Of a DNA stretch of 64,000 bases, positions 29,300-38,850 are shown in pieces. The notes below the pieces were generated by a model. That model saw only the letters and a list, made by a program, of their open reading frames with translations. It was not told the DNA's origin and made no database searches. Source of the DNA: Candidatus Multivoradales bacterium (GTDB taxonomy: Bacteria > Acidobacteriota > Thermoanaerobaculia > Multivoradales > JAHEKO01). Within the stretch, counting starts at the first letter, position 1. Each line of letters opens with the position of its first letter. The translations under genes were made by a program, and so were the position numbers. The DNA lies in assembly GCA_965248055.1 (NCBI GenBank), contig CBDFIJ010000004.1:1312001-1376000 (forward strand), in the 5' to 3' direction.

Positions 29300-29532
29300 C
29301 TAGTAACGAGCGTCTTTCAGATCTTGGGAGCTGCTAGCATCCGCAGTGATGGAACTCGCGGTGTTGAAGTTCGCAAATAGGATCGCCGTTTCGTATTCGT
29401 GTATGTACAGTTAGTGACCAAGATACTGCGGTCCCCAAACCTCAGACAAAAACTTGTCGGAAAATATGATCTCCAGTAATCGGCAGACCTGAGTAGCGAA
29501 CATGTGGAGATATCCTCTTTGGCAGCAAGAAA

Positions 29533-31074
29533 ATGGCACCGCAAAGCGTCTCTTACTTTGAGATGAATAATTACGACAACAGTATCCGCTCGAAATTGAG
29601 CCGATTGCGTGCTGGTGGCGCACCTAGAGTTTTGGATCTCTTCGCTGGGGCTGGGGGTCTGTCGCTTGGTTTTCACCGCGCGGGCTGTGCAAGCCTGGGA
29701 GCGGTTGAGATCGACAAGCATGCTGCTCATACCTATGCGCGGAACTTCCACTACGCCGACCAAGAAAAACACAGTAAACCCCACGACATTACCACCTTAG
29801 ACCCCGAAGCATTCGTCGCGGAGATTTGTGACTCAAAACCCCATGATGCTGTTGATTTCTTAATCGGGGGCCCTCCATGTCCAGCTTTCACCCGAGTCGG
29901 TAGAGCAAAACTCCGAGAAGTGCAAGCCCACTCAGAGGCCTTCAAACGCGATCCTAGGGCGATGCTATACGTCCCTTTCCTCCGATTCGCCGAACGTCTG
30001 CGGCCAGTCGCGCTCCTAATGGAGAACGTGCCCGACTTTTTGAACTGGGGAGGGCACAATCTCGGCGAAGAAGTATGTGATGTCCTTGAAGACCTTGGTT
30101 ACCGATGCGCCTATACATTGCTAAACGCCGCGAACTATGGCGTTCCTCAGATGCGGGAACGGTTCTACCTTGTGGCCATCAACCGACTAGCCAATGTGGA
30201 ACCGAGTTTCCCAATCCCTATCTGCGCCGTTGATTTTCCCCCGGGGTACAAGAGCAGTCGCGAAGTAGCACTCAAGGCGACCCCGATTCCCAGCCTCTTT
30301 GGAGTCAAGACGCGATTTGTACCAACACCAAGCGCCCATGAGTGTACTCGCGGACCAACGACTGTGCTCGATGCGATTGGTGATTTGCCTGCGATAACGG
30401 GGCATCTAGACGGCACAATTCGACGCGGTGCCCGAAGGTTTGACAAGCCAATCGAGCATAAACGCCCAGAAAGAAATTCGGAATACGCAGAAGCAATGCA
30501 ACGATGGCCTGCTTTTGAGGCCGATGGTATCCTTTTAGATCACGTCATCAGATCATTGAGCGAGCGCGACTATCGGCTGTTTCGGTTGATGAAACCAGGG
30601 GACGACTACCCAGCTGCCCATCAGCTCGCATTATCACTATTCAAACAAGCCGCAGAGAGTAACGGACGACCTGCGAAATCAACCCAGAATTACAGGTCGT
30701 TACTTAAGTCATACGTACCTCCCTACGATCCATCAAAATTCCCTAATCGATGGCGAAAAATGGACCCTTTGCAGCCAGCTAGAACGCTGATGGCTCATCT
30801 TGGGAAGGACTCCTATACGCACATCCACTACGACTCCAGCCAAGCCAGGGTTCTTTCAGTGCGTGAAGCTGCTCGGCTCCAATCCTTCCCAGACGGGTTC
30901 GCTTTTTCGGGAACGATGAACCCTGCATTCCGACAGATTGGGAATGCTGTTCCACCGGTCATGGCGGCATTTATTGCCGCAAACATACAGAGAACATTAG
31001 GACTCACGTCAGAATTCTTGTCACCATTTCAACCATCAGTAGACCATTTGTCTGCAATTGGAGTCGCGAAGTGA
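29533..31074 (+). CDS. DNA (cytosine-5)-methyltransferase
   Basis: DLFAGAGG (I), GGPPC (IV), ENV (VI), PQ.RER (VIII), REAARLQSFPD (IX), QIGNAVPP (X). Confidence 0.95.
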   Translation: MAPQSVSYFEMNNYDNSIRSKLSRLRAGGAPRVLDLFAGAGGLSLGFHRAGCASLGAVEIDKHAAHTYARNFHYADQEKHSKPHDITTLDPEAFVAEICDSKPHDAVDFLIGGPPCPAFTRVGRAKLREVQAHSEAFKRDPRAMLYVPFLRFAERLRPVALLMENVPDFLNWGGHNLGEEVCDVLEDLGYRCAYTLLNAANYGVPQMRERFYLVAINRLANVEPSFPIPICAVDFPPGYKSSREVALKATPIPSLFGVKTRFVPTPSAHECTRGPTTVLDAIGDLPAITGHLDGTIRRGARRFDKPIEHKRPERNSEYAEAMQRWPAFEADGILLDHVIRSLSERDYRLFRLMKPGDDYPAAHQLALSLFKQAAESNGRPAKSTQNYRSLLKSYVPPYDPSKFPNRWRKMDPLQPARTLMAHLGKDSYTHIHYDSSQARVLSVREAARLQSFPDGFAFSGTMNPAFRQIGNAVPPVMAAFIAANIQRTLGLTSEFLSPFQPSVDHLSAIGVAK

Positions 31075-32183
31075 TTCGACGTATTGCTGTGAAGCGCCTG
31101 ACGCCGAGTGACCTTACGTTCTTCGAGTGGCAATTCAGGAACAACCCAGCCGGAAATCAAAAGTCCATCAATCTCAATGCGGACGTTTTTGCGAATCAAC
31201 TCTATCCGGGTTTGGCCAATTCCGTGTTGAGGACGAGCGGCCGACTACCCATCACCCTGAAGCTATACGGCCCAGGAGGACTTGGACTCCTGAGTCTTCA
31301 GCGGAAAATCATCAAAGGCAACGCGTACAAAAATTGGCGGCTAAACGGCGAGTTCGTCCACAACCCCGAAGAGGCACCCGACCGTTTCAACAGGCTCGAA
31401 GCAGGAGACTTCGTGGTTCTAGAGTTCCATGGAGAGCCTCACCCGGAAACCATTCAATCATTTTTCATAGCGAAAAACGCCAGAGGTGATCGAAAGCTAC
31501 ACGAGTACCTAGCAGTTGGTCTTGGGGAACGCTCGATGTTGAGATTGTCGCCAAGTCAGCTCCAAAGCATCGTTCACAACGCCGCCCCTCCATCCGAGCA
31601 CCCAATTAGGCTACTGCTACTCGAGGAAACAATCGACAACGCTGCAATGGGTGACGCAGAAGCAACTGGGCAACTACAGCGCGAAGCCGTACTCCGCCAG
31701 ATCTCGCGAGAGGACCTCCGCCAAGCCAAAGCAAGAGCGGAAGATATTGGCTTGCTAGGGGAACTCCATGTAAACGGGTATCTGGAGGAGCTCTTTTCCA
31801 AAGGGTGCTTGAAATCTGTTCAGTGGACAGCCGTAGATTACGCAGTCGCCCCTTATGATTTCGAGGTTGTAGAAGAAGATGTTGTTCGAATCGAGGTCAA
31901 AACTACGACTGGACCTTTTGATAGACGAATCCACATCTCGGCGGCTGAACTAGCAACGATGGCAGCAAATGACCCTCCTTGCGAGCTATATCGTGTCTAC
32001 GAAGCCAACGCTGATGAGGCGAAACTAAAGATAGCTAGAAGCACGAACAGCCAAGCAAGAAAGATCCTTGATTCTGTTCAAGGGCTTCCGGAGGGTGTCC
32101 GAATGGACAGCGTTTCTGTCGATCCGAAGTTGTTCGACTTCAGTGACACGATTGCTATTGGTCCCGCTCTTGAGGATTCGTAA
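31071..32183 (+). CDS. Putative restriction endonuclease with C-terminal DUF3883 PD-(D/E)xK domain
   Basis: G..GE, YDF..IEVKTT, ISAAEL; GTGA overlap with the methyltransferase; lower GC. Confidence 0.75.
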   Translation: MIRRIAVKRLTPSDLTFFEWQFRNNPAGNQKSINLNADVFANQLYPGLANSVLRTSGRLPITLKLYGPGGLGLLSLQRKIIKGNAYKNWRLNGEFVHNPEEAPDRFNRLEAGDFVVLEFHGEPHPETIQSFFIAKNARGDRKLHEYLAVGLGERSMLRLSPSQLQSIVHNAAPPSEHPIRLLLLEETIDNAAMGDAEATGQLQREAVLRQISREDLRQAKARAEDIGLLGELHVNGYLEELFSKGCLKSVQWTAVDYAVAPYDFEVVEEDVVRIEVKTTTGPFDRRIHISAAELATMAANDPPCELYRVYEANADEAKLKIARSTNSQARKILDSVQGLPEGVRMDSVSVDPKLFDFSDTIAIGPALEDS

Positions 32184-32234
32184 GAGTTACCAATGACAAG
32201 GATCATGGAGCAGTAGCAATCAAAATCGACACAC

Positions 32235-32900
32235 CTACCTCCGCGCCAACCCGACGAAATACACCAACTGCAAAATCCCCATCAGCGCCGCCGCGACGTA
32301 AGTCATGGCCGCTGCATTGAGGACTTTGTCGACGCCCTTGCGTTCATTTTCAAAAACAATCCCTTGTTCGACGATCAGTTTCTTGGCCCGATTGGAAGCG
32401 TCGAATTCGACAGGAAGAGTGATGAGTTGGAACAGTACGACAGCGCTGAACAGAATTACGCCGGCCCAAATCAGACCGCTGAAGCTCATCCACGCACCAG
32501 CGATGACAATGAAAAAGGCCATCCTGGAGCCCAGGTTGGCGGTTGGCACTAACAGGGTTCTTAGGCCTAATGCCGGATACTTTGTGGCGTGCTGAATCGC
32601 GTGACCAGCTTCGTGACAAGCGACGCCAACCGCGGCAATCGACCGAGAGCTGTAGACGCCCTCGGACAGCGCCAATTTCTTGGTGCCGGGGTTGTAGTGA
32701 TCCGACAGCATGCCCCGAGATCGAGTGACTTCGACATCAGTAATTCCGGCACTGCTAAGTAGCCGCTGGGCGGCCTCGGCGCCGGTCATCCCCGAAGATG
32801 CAGCCACTTGCGACCATTTCTTAAATGCCCCACGAGTCTTGGCCGCCGCCCACATCGACAGCAGCATCGCCGGCAAGATCATTAATATGTAGCTACCCAT
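32235..32900 (-). CDS. Membrane zinc metallopeptidase (YugP-like)
   Basis: LSDHYNP, ACHEAGHAIQH, TLPVEFDASNRA, AAAMTYVA. Confidence 0.9.
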   Translation of the reverse strand: MGSYILMILPAMLLSMWAAAKTRGAFKKWSQVAASSGMTGAEAAQRLLSSAGITDVEVTRSRGMLSDHYNPGTKKLALSEGVYSSRSIAAVGVACHEAGHAIQHATKYPALGLRTLLVPTANLGSRMAFFIVIAGAWMSFSGLIWAGVILFSAVVLFQLITLPVEFDASNRAKKLIVEQGIVFENERKGVDKVLNAAAMTYVAAALMGILQLVYFVGLARR

Positions 32901-33026
32901 AGAAGTTCTCCTTCACCTAGCCTAACAACGGCGAGCACGGTTTCCATTCCCGCAGCTCTCTCATCGTTCTTGTTGAGCGTGCCCGGTCGACACCTTACTG
33001 GGGTTGCACAGTGCTAGATTGCTGCC

Positions 33027-33758
33027 ATGACGAGTAACGCTACGAGTCACAGCAAAGTCGCAATCGTTACCGGGGGCACCCGCGGCATTGGCCGAGCGGT
33101 TTGCCAGCAGCTGCTGGCTGAGGGGTGGAAGGTCTGGTTCTGTGGCCGTTCACCGGAGACCGTGGGGCAAACACTGAATGATCTGGATGAGTTCATCCAC
33201 CGTCTGGCAGGACGGGTGGTGGACGTCACCGACCACGAGGCGGTCGACGCCCTGGTGGAGGAAGTCCTGGAGCACGAAGGCCGGATTGATCTGTTGGTAA
33301 ATAACGCCGGCGTCGGCTACTTCGCGCCGGTTGACGAACTCTCCCCCGCCGACTGGCGCCGGGTGCTTGCTACCAACTTGGACGGCTGTTTCTACGCACT
33401 ACACGCGGTAGCGCCTACCATGCGGGAACAGGGATCGGGCTGGATTATCAATATCGCTTCCTTGGCATCGCGCAATCCGTTCGCCGGTGGCACCGCCTAC
33501 AACGCCAGTAAGTTCGGCCTCTTGGGGATGTCAGAAGCGGCGATGCTCGACCTGCGCGGCGATGGGGTCAAGGTAGTAGCGATCCTGCCCGGTAGCGTCG
33601 CCACCGAGTTCAATCTCAATACCGGCGGTGATGACTCTTGGAAGTTAGCCGCAGATGACGTCGCCAAGGCGGTGACCGATGTCCTGCGCTACCCGGATCG
33701 CGCTCTGCCGAGTCGGATCGAATTGAGACCTTCGCGGCCGCCTTCGGCGCGCAATTAG
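33027..33758 (+). CDS. SDR family oxidoreductase
   Basis: TGGTRGIG, NNAG, YNASK. Confidence 0.92.
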   Translation: MTSNATSHSKVAIVTGGTRGIGRAVCQQLLAEGWKVWFCGRSPETVGQTLNDLDEFIHRLAGRVVDVTDHEAVDALVEEVLEHEGRIDLLVNNAGVGYFAPVDELSPADWRRVLATNLDGCFYALHAVAPTMREQGSGWIINIASLASRNPFAGGTAYNASKFGLLGMSEAAMLDLRGDGVKVVAILPGSVATEFNLNTGGDDSWKLAADDVAKAVTDVLRYPDRALPSRIELRPSRPPSARN

Positions 33759-33851
33759 AGGTCGCATCCTGATGAATGGTGATCACGCCCCATTTGGAAA
33801 CAGCGTTTTGAAAGCTAGCGTAGTACGCCGTGCTACGGGAACAATCACGGC

Positions 33852-33918
33852 AAGTAACAGCTCTTGAGTTCAGCGTCGCTGGCCGAAGGCCCGTGTCCGC
33901 AGTAGCGATTGGTTAGGC
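33852..33918 (-). mobile_element. Degenerate integron attC site
   Basis: Minus strand GCCTAAC-CAATC-GCTACTGCGG..GGCC TTC GGCC..CGCTGAACTC..GTTACTT, 67 bp, starting 28 nt after the TIR stop. Confidence 0.6.
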
Positions 33919-33946
33919 GGCGACGCTCGGGTCGCCTACAGTCGCG

Positions 33947-35026
33947 TCATCCGCCGGGCTTCTTTCGACGTGGCGATGGCCGGGGTTTTGCCTTTAGCGA
34001 CGCTGTCTTCTCTTCTAGTGCCATGTGAAGGAAATGTTCAAGCATCTGCGGAAACCCCATGACGATCATGTGGTGCTGTTTTCGGTCAAATTCGAATTTC
34101 TCCATGAAGGGCCCTCGCATCAGACGCTTGGAGACCCACCGAAAACGTGCTATCTCCCGTTCTATGTCATTGGTGTCGCCGTCTTTGACGGCACGGTAAG
34201 CCTCCATTGCGAGTTCATAGAGCCAGGGCACATCGTCTCTTATCATGCTTGCGGCCATCAAAATGAAAACGGGGTCCCCTGCATCGTCCGTCATATTCAC
34301 CAGTTCTTCAAACATCATTGGGTGGAACCTGTTCATTCGCCGACGGCGCAGTGGGTCACCTTCATTCATCAAGCGCTCAGCGACTCGAGATGGCAGAGTC
34401 TTCATCTCCTCCGCCAGCTTCGCAAGCGACCGCTCCTCTGAGTCTTCGACTTTAGCCTTCTTACCTCCAGTCGAAGACATCGAGCTGGCAATAGCGGCCT
34501 TGGCTTCTTTGAACGCGGCAACCTGACTTGCTACGACATCCGAATCAAGCTCAAGTCCCGGTACGCGTTCTGCCAATTGGTGGACAAGCTTCCTAAGGTC
34601 CTCGTCGCTATCGTCCATATTTTGGAACTGGTAGAAAGGGCCCGCGCTGACTTGACTCAAAGATACATCTAGTGCAACACCCACAACTGGAGTGTCGAGC
34701 TTTCCCTTCGCTACGCCTGCCTCGAAGAGTATCCACGGCCTATCGAGGCTTCGCTCCGTGAACAGGCAGACGACATCAGACGTGGACTGAAGCTGTGTCA
34801 TCAGTCGCTTGTACCACTCCTCGCCAAAGGCGATCCCATCGGTGCCCTTCTTGTCCGATGAGCGGAACGTCTTGATCATTCCGGCGCTCACGCTCTTAAG
34901 GAGCTTACTGAATGCCTCGGCGAGTTCCGCGTCTCTGGAATCATGGCTGATGAACACCATCGGAGAAGGTGCGGCGATCACGTCGCCGTCATCCGTAGGG
35001 GCGTCTATCTTGTTTGAGTCGACCAT
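33947..35026 (-). CDS. TIR-domain protein with helical C-terminal region
   Basis: VFISHDSRD, G.EW..., S..RPWILFEAG with the catalytic Glu position; RBS GGGAGA before MVDSNK. Confidence 0.85.
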   Translation of the reverse strand: MVDSNKIDAPTDDGDVIAAPSPMVFISHDSRDAELAEAFSKLLKSVSAGMIKTFRSSDKKGTDGIAFGEEWYKRLMTQLQSTSDVVCLFTERSLDRPWILFEAGVAKGKLDTPVVGVALDVSLSQVSAGPFYQFQNMDDSDEDLRKLVHQLAERVPGLELDSDVVASQVAAFKEAKAAIASSMSSTGGKKAKVEDSEERSLAKLAEEMKTLPSRVAERLMNEGDPLRRRRMNRFHPMMFEELVNMTDDAGDPVFILMAASMIRDDVPWLYELAMEAYRAVKDGDTNDIEREIARFRWVSKRLMRGPFMEKFEFDRKQHHMIVMGFPQMLEHFLHMALEEKTASLKAKPRPSPRRKKPGG

Positions 35027-35214
35027 GATTTTCTCCCGTCGATAGGGCCTGTCTTCTTCGCCGTCCAACATGTCATGGCCCAAAACACTCTTGTCCAGCA
35101 CTCGGAGGGACGTACTGTATCAAGAGCTAGAATCGAGCACCAGGCGACCAAGCACCGCGAGCGGGAGTAAACCTAGCCCCTACCCGGGTTCCCATCCCGG
35201 CGTCCCCAATAGAT

Positions 35215-36126
35215 CTAGAGAGAAGCGGTTACGGCGTCGCCGTAGAGAACGGTAGGCCCTTGTGGGGCGCTGTGAGTCGTGCCCGCCGCTTCGACGGTGA
35301 CGAACACCGCTTCTACATTGGCCGGGACTGCGGAGGCGAACATTTCACCCCGCTCGCCGTTCACTTCGACCACCCCCATGGGGATCGCGCGCCCTTGACT
35401 GCGGAACCAAGCGCGGTAGATCTGGCCCTCAGCCAAGGGACGAAGGCCTTCCACCGCCAGCAGGCAACTGGGATCGGCACCACCCATGTAAAGCCAGCCG
35501 CGGGCTCCGGTTTCGTCGCCCTGAGCTTGTAAGCTGCAAGACTCGACACTGACAGCGGCAACAAAATCCATATGGGTAGCACTCACCGCTGGCACCCCAC
35601 CAACCGGCAGCACACCGCTCACAGGGCGAAACAACGATTCCTGCTGTTGCAACAATGCAATCTCGGCATTCTTGGCCCGCACTTGGTTGCCCAGCCAGGC
35701 CGAGGTCACCATTAGACCAACAATGAGCACCGCCGCCAAACGCATCGCGGTCGCACTCCACGATCGCTGAGAATCAAGATGGGAGGTGTCTGTGGGCTGA
35801 AATGGGCGAACGTTGTCGTCTGCGATGGGTTCAGTTTCGCTGTGGTCCGTCTGAACTCGGGCTTGAATCTGGTTCCAAGTCGACCCCTCCGGCGCCACGC
35901 GATCTAGAGCAACCGGCAAAGCACCCCAGACCTCGCGCCACGGACGTAGCTCTGGATCTTCCGAGTACGGATCCAGGGCCGCTTCCACCTGCTCTGCTTC
36001 GGCTAGGTCTACGGGCTGTGGGTCGGCCAGATCGCTACGGTGCAGTTTTCTTGATTCGTCGTTCACTTTATTTTCCTCAGCCACAAAATTTCCCTCAACT
36101 ACCAGTTTCCTCGGCCAGAGGTTCAA
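35215..36126 (-). CDS. Anti-sigma factor (RskA-like)
   Basis: L..VAP...W..I motif, single TM, GL.PL..GQ.Y..W, VTVE..G..AP.GP; directly downstream of the ECF sigma; start uncertain. Confidence 0.8.
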   Translation of the reverse strand: MNLWPRKLVVEGNFVAEENKVNDESRKLHRSDLADPQPVDLAEAEQVEAALDPYSEDPELRPWREVWGALPVALDRVAPEGSTWNQIQARVQTDHSETEPIADDNVRPFQPTDTSHLDSQRSWSATAMRLAAVLIVGLMVTSAWLGNQVRAKNAEIALLQQQESLFRPVSGVLPVGGVPAVSATHMDFVAAVSVESCSLQAQGDETGARGWLYMGGADPSCLLAVEGLRPLAEGQIYRAWFRSQGRAIPMGVVEVNGERGEMFASAVPANVEAVFVTVEAAGTTHSAPQGPTVLYGDAVTASL

Positions 36127-36145
36127 CCTGTGGCATATCCCTCAA

Positions 36146-36766
36146 TCACAGCAGATCTTCAATCTCTGAAGCCAAACTACGGCGGAGTTTGTTCATCGCC
36201 AGCAAAGTTCTCGTTTTGACGGTTCCCAACGGGATGTTCTCGCGCTCTGAGATTTCCCGCTGTGTGAGTCCTTGATAGAAAGCCAATTCCAAAACCGTCC
36301 GCTGCTCTTGGGGCAGCTTGTTCAGCGCCTGCGACAATCGCTTCCGGCGCTCCTGAGTCAATACGTCTGTCATGCCTTCGGGAGATTGGTGTTCGTCGCC
36401 CTTTTCCAGCTGCGCCGACACCGCGGTTCTGGCCACCACTTTTCGAGTCCGTATTCGGTCGATCGAACGACTGCGCGCAATCAGCGCCAACCAGGTCGAG
36501 ACCGACGCCCGCTGATGGTTGTAGCGATCAGCCTGACGCCAGGCTTGGACGAACACTTCCTGCAAGATTTCTTCGGCTTCACCGTAGTCTGCCACTACCC
36601 GCAAGATCAACGCCTTGAGCATCCCGGCGTAGCGGCGGTAGATCTCCTCCAGGGCTCGATCGTCGCCACTGGCGACCTGGCGCATTAGTTCGACCTCTTC
36701 GGAGATTTTGGCCTGTCTCTTGGCCCGAATTTCGGCCTGGGTCTTGTCAGACGGTTGGTCGCCCAT
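36146..36766 (-). CDS. ECF RNA polymerase sigma factor (SigK-like)
   Basis: AEEILQEVF..W, TWL..IAR.R.ID, LP.EQR, IPLGTVKTR. Confidence 0.93.
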   Translation of the reverse strand: MGDQPSDKTQAEIRAKRQAKISEEVELMRQVASGDDRALEEIYRRYAGMLKALILRVVADYGEAEEILQEVFVQAWRQADRYNHQRASVSTWLALIARSRSIDRIRTRKVVARTAVSAQLEKGDEHQSPEGMTDVLTQERRKRLSQALNKLPQEQRTVLELAFYQGLTQREISERENIPLGTVKTRTLLAMNKLRRSLASEIEDLL

Positions 36767-36837
36767 GATCGTGCTGAAGGGTTGATCCGAAGTTGGCGCC
36801 GGTAGATTTGCCGACGAGCGGGCTAGGATAGCATGCG

Positions 36838-37332
36838 ATGAAGCCGCTCAAGATTGCCGTATGCGGAGCCGCAACTGCCAGTGAAGAGTTGTCGCGCCTG
36901 GCATTTCAGGTTGGAGCAGAACTGGCTCGACGGGAAGCGATCCTGTTCACCGGCGCTGGTCGTGGGGTCATGGCCGCCGCCAATCAAGGGGCAAAGTCCA
37001 ATGGTGGAACCACGTTGGGAATCTATCCAACGGCCCAGCCGAATCCCGACGACGCCGATGAATCGATCGACCTAGCGATCCACACAGGGCTCGGTCAGGG
37101 GCGCAGTCGAGTGCTGGTATTGTCCGCCCAGGCTGTGATTGCCGTCGGCGGCGAGTGAGGTGCCTTGTAGGAATTTGCCCTGGCGTTCAAACACGGGCGA
37201 CCAGTCATCGGCTTGGCAACTTGGCAGCTGAATCCTCTGCAGGGAACTTCACTCGAGCCGATCGTCGAAGCCAGCACGGCAAAGGAAGCTGTGACCCTGG
37301 CGATCTATCAAGCAAACGGAATAAGAAAATGA
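36838..37332 (+). pseudogene. TIGR00725/LOG-family protein with two in-frame stops
   Basis: IAVCG, TGAGRGVM.AA, TGLGQGR; frame continues GGE-TGA-GAL-TAG-EFALAFKHGRPVIGL to TGA at 37330-37332, which overlaps the next ATG. Confidence 0.75.
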
Positions 37333-37835
37333 CGCACGACCATCCAAAATCGTCCCTTCCCGATCTTGCTTTTCCCGATCCCGTTGACTACGGAGAGCCA
37401 GCCATTCGGGTGATGATGATGCCCAAGGACACCAATGCTTTGGGAACCATCTTCGGCGGCTTGATCCTTTCCTATATCGATCAAGCGGGAGCAGTCGAGG
37501 CGCACCGCTGCACCAATGGACGTTTGCTGACGGTCGCGGTTCACGAAGTCGATTTCGTCGCTCCGGTGTTCGTTGGGGATCTGGTCAGCTTCTATGCGAA
37601 AACTCTTCGCCGCGGTCGCACCTCGGTCTCAGTTCACGTTTTAGTCACCGCAGAACGCCGACTGCGCGGTGGGGACAAGGTCATCGTCACTCAGGCCGAA
37701 GTGGTCTATGTGCAAGTCGACGACGACGGCCACCCGACTCCGCTGCCAGCCAACGCACCGGACGGAAGCCCATGTTCCGACGACGACTCGGAGTCCTCAA
37801 GTAATCCCGACGAAACCGACTCCAAGCTGCGATAG
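37329..37835 (+). CDS. Acyl-CoA thioesterase (hotdog, YciA-like)
   Basis: MPKDTN..GTIFGG.ILSYID.AG, FVAPV.VGD, GRTS. Confidence 0.9.
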   Translation: MTHDHPKSSLPDLAFPDPVDYGEPAIRVMMMPKDTNALGTIFGGLILSYIDQAGAVEAHRCTNGRLLTVAVHEVDFVAPVFVGDLVSFYAKTLRRGRTSVSVHVLVTAERRLRGGDKVIVTQAEVVYVQVDDDGHPTPLPANAPDGSPCSDDDSESSSNPDETDSKLR

Positions 37836-37847
37836 CATCCGCCGTTC

Positions 37848-38420
37848 ATGCGTTCACGACCTTCTCCAGCCGCCTCTCCCGGACAGATCGAAATCATCAC
37901 TGGAGGCATGTTCTCCGGTAAGAGCGAGGAATTGGTGAGGCGTTTACGCCGCGCCTTGATCGCCAAGCAAAAAATCTTGGTTTTTAAGCCGTTGACCGAC
38001 ACGCGCCACGACGAAGTTCGCTTGGTCACTCGGGATAATCGCGTGATCGATGCGGTCACGGTTCCTGACTCCGCGGCTTTGATCTCGTACATTCCCGAGG
38101 ACATCGATGTGGTCGGGATCGACGAAGCGCAGTTTTTTGACGGCGGTATCATCAACGCAGTCACCAGCTTGGCCGACAGCGGAATTCGGGTCTTGGTGGC
38201 TGGCTTGGATCAAGACTATCTGCGGCAACCCTTTGGACCGATCCCAGAGCTTCTAGCGCTCGCCGAACACGTCGACAAAATGCACGCGGTCTGTGTGCAG
38301 TGTGGTGCCAACGCTCACTACAGCCAGCGCATTGCCGGCGGCGACGCCCAGGTGGAAGTCGGCGACACCGAGCGCTACGAGGCACGCTGCCGCGCTTGCT
38401 ACGTTCCCTATCATTCCTAA
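37848..38420 (+). CDS. tdk: Thymidine kinase
   Basis: GGMFSGKSEEL, IDEAQFF, AGLD.DY..PF, CVQC, YEARCR.C. Confidence 0.96.
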   Translation: MRSRPSPAASPGQIEIITGGMFSGKSEELVRRLRRALIAKQKILVFKPLTDTRHDEVRLVTRDNRVIDAVTVPDSAALISYIPEDIDVVGIDEAQFFDGGIINAVTSLADSGIRVLVAGLDQDYLRQPFGPIPELLALAEHVDKMHAVCVQCGANAHYSQRIAGGDAQVEVGDTERYEARCRACYVPYHS

Positions 38421-38466
38421 CCGGGTTGCTCCCAGCCTGTTTCGATTCACCTCGCCATTTGTAACC

Positions 38467-38811
38467 ATGGAATCTTCTGGAACCATTTTCAGTTACCGTC
38501 AGGCACTGGACCTGCTGCCGGCAGTTCGCAAGATCACTCGCGAGACGATCGACAAGATCGAATCGTTAAATCACCAGATCAAGAGTCGCGAGGATTTAGA
38601 ACAGAAGCGGACCGAACTGAGCGCCGCGACCGAGGCGATGCTCAACGACTGGCAGCGCCAGATTCGCGCGTTGGGCTGCTATCCCAAAGACCTTTGGTTG
38701 GTCGACTGGGACTCAGGCGACGGCTACTACTGCTGGCAATATCCTGAACCGACGATCGGGCATCATCACGGTTACGTGGAAGGCTTTTCGGGCCGAATCC
38801 CGATCCAGTAA
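38467..38811 (+). CDS. DUF2203-family protein
   Basis: F...A..LLP, G..PKD..LVD, YYCW...E..I.H.H....GF.GR.PI. Confidence 0.8.
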   Translation: MESSGTIFSYRQALDLLPAVRKITRETIDKIESLNHQIKSREDLEQKRTELSAATEAMLNDWQRQIRALGCYPKDLWLVDWDSGDGYYCWQYPEPTIGHHHGYVEGFSGRIPIQ

Positions 38812-38850
38812 TTGCCGATTCCGCACGCCATCTCGCCAGAAAATGACTGG

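Noticed and set aside
37156-37170. Selenocysteine/pyrrolysine or alternative genetic code
   Set aside because: The positions correspond to Trp/Tyr and Ser rather than Cys or Lys, and TGA and TAG terminate many normal genes here.
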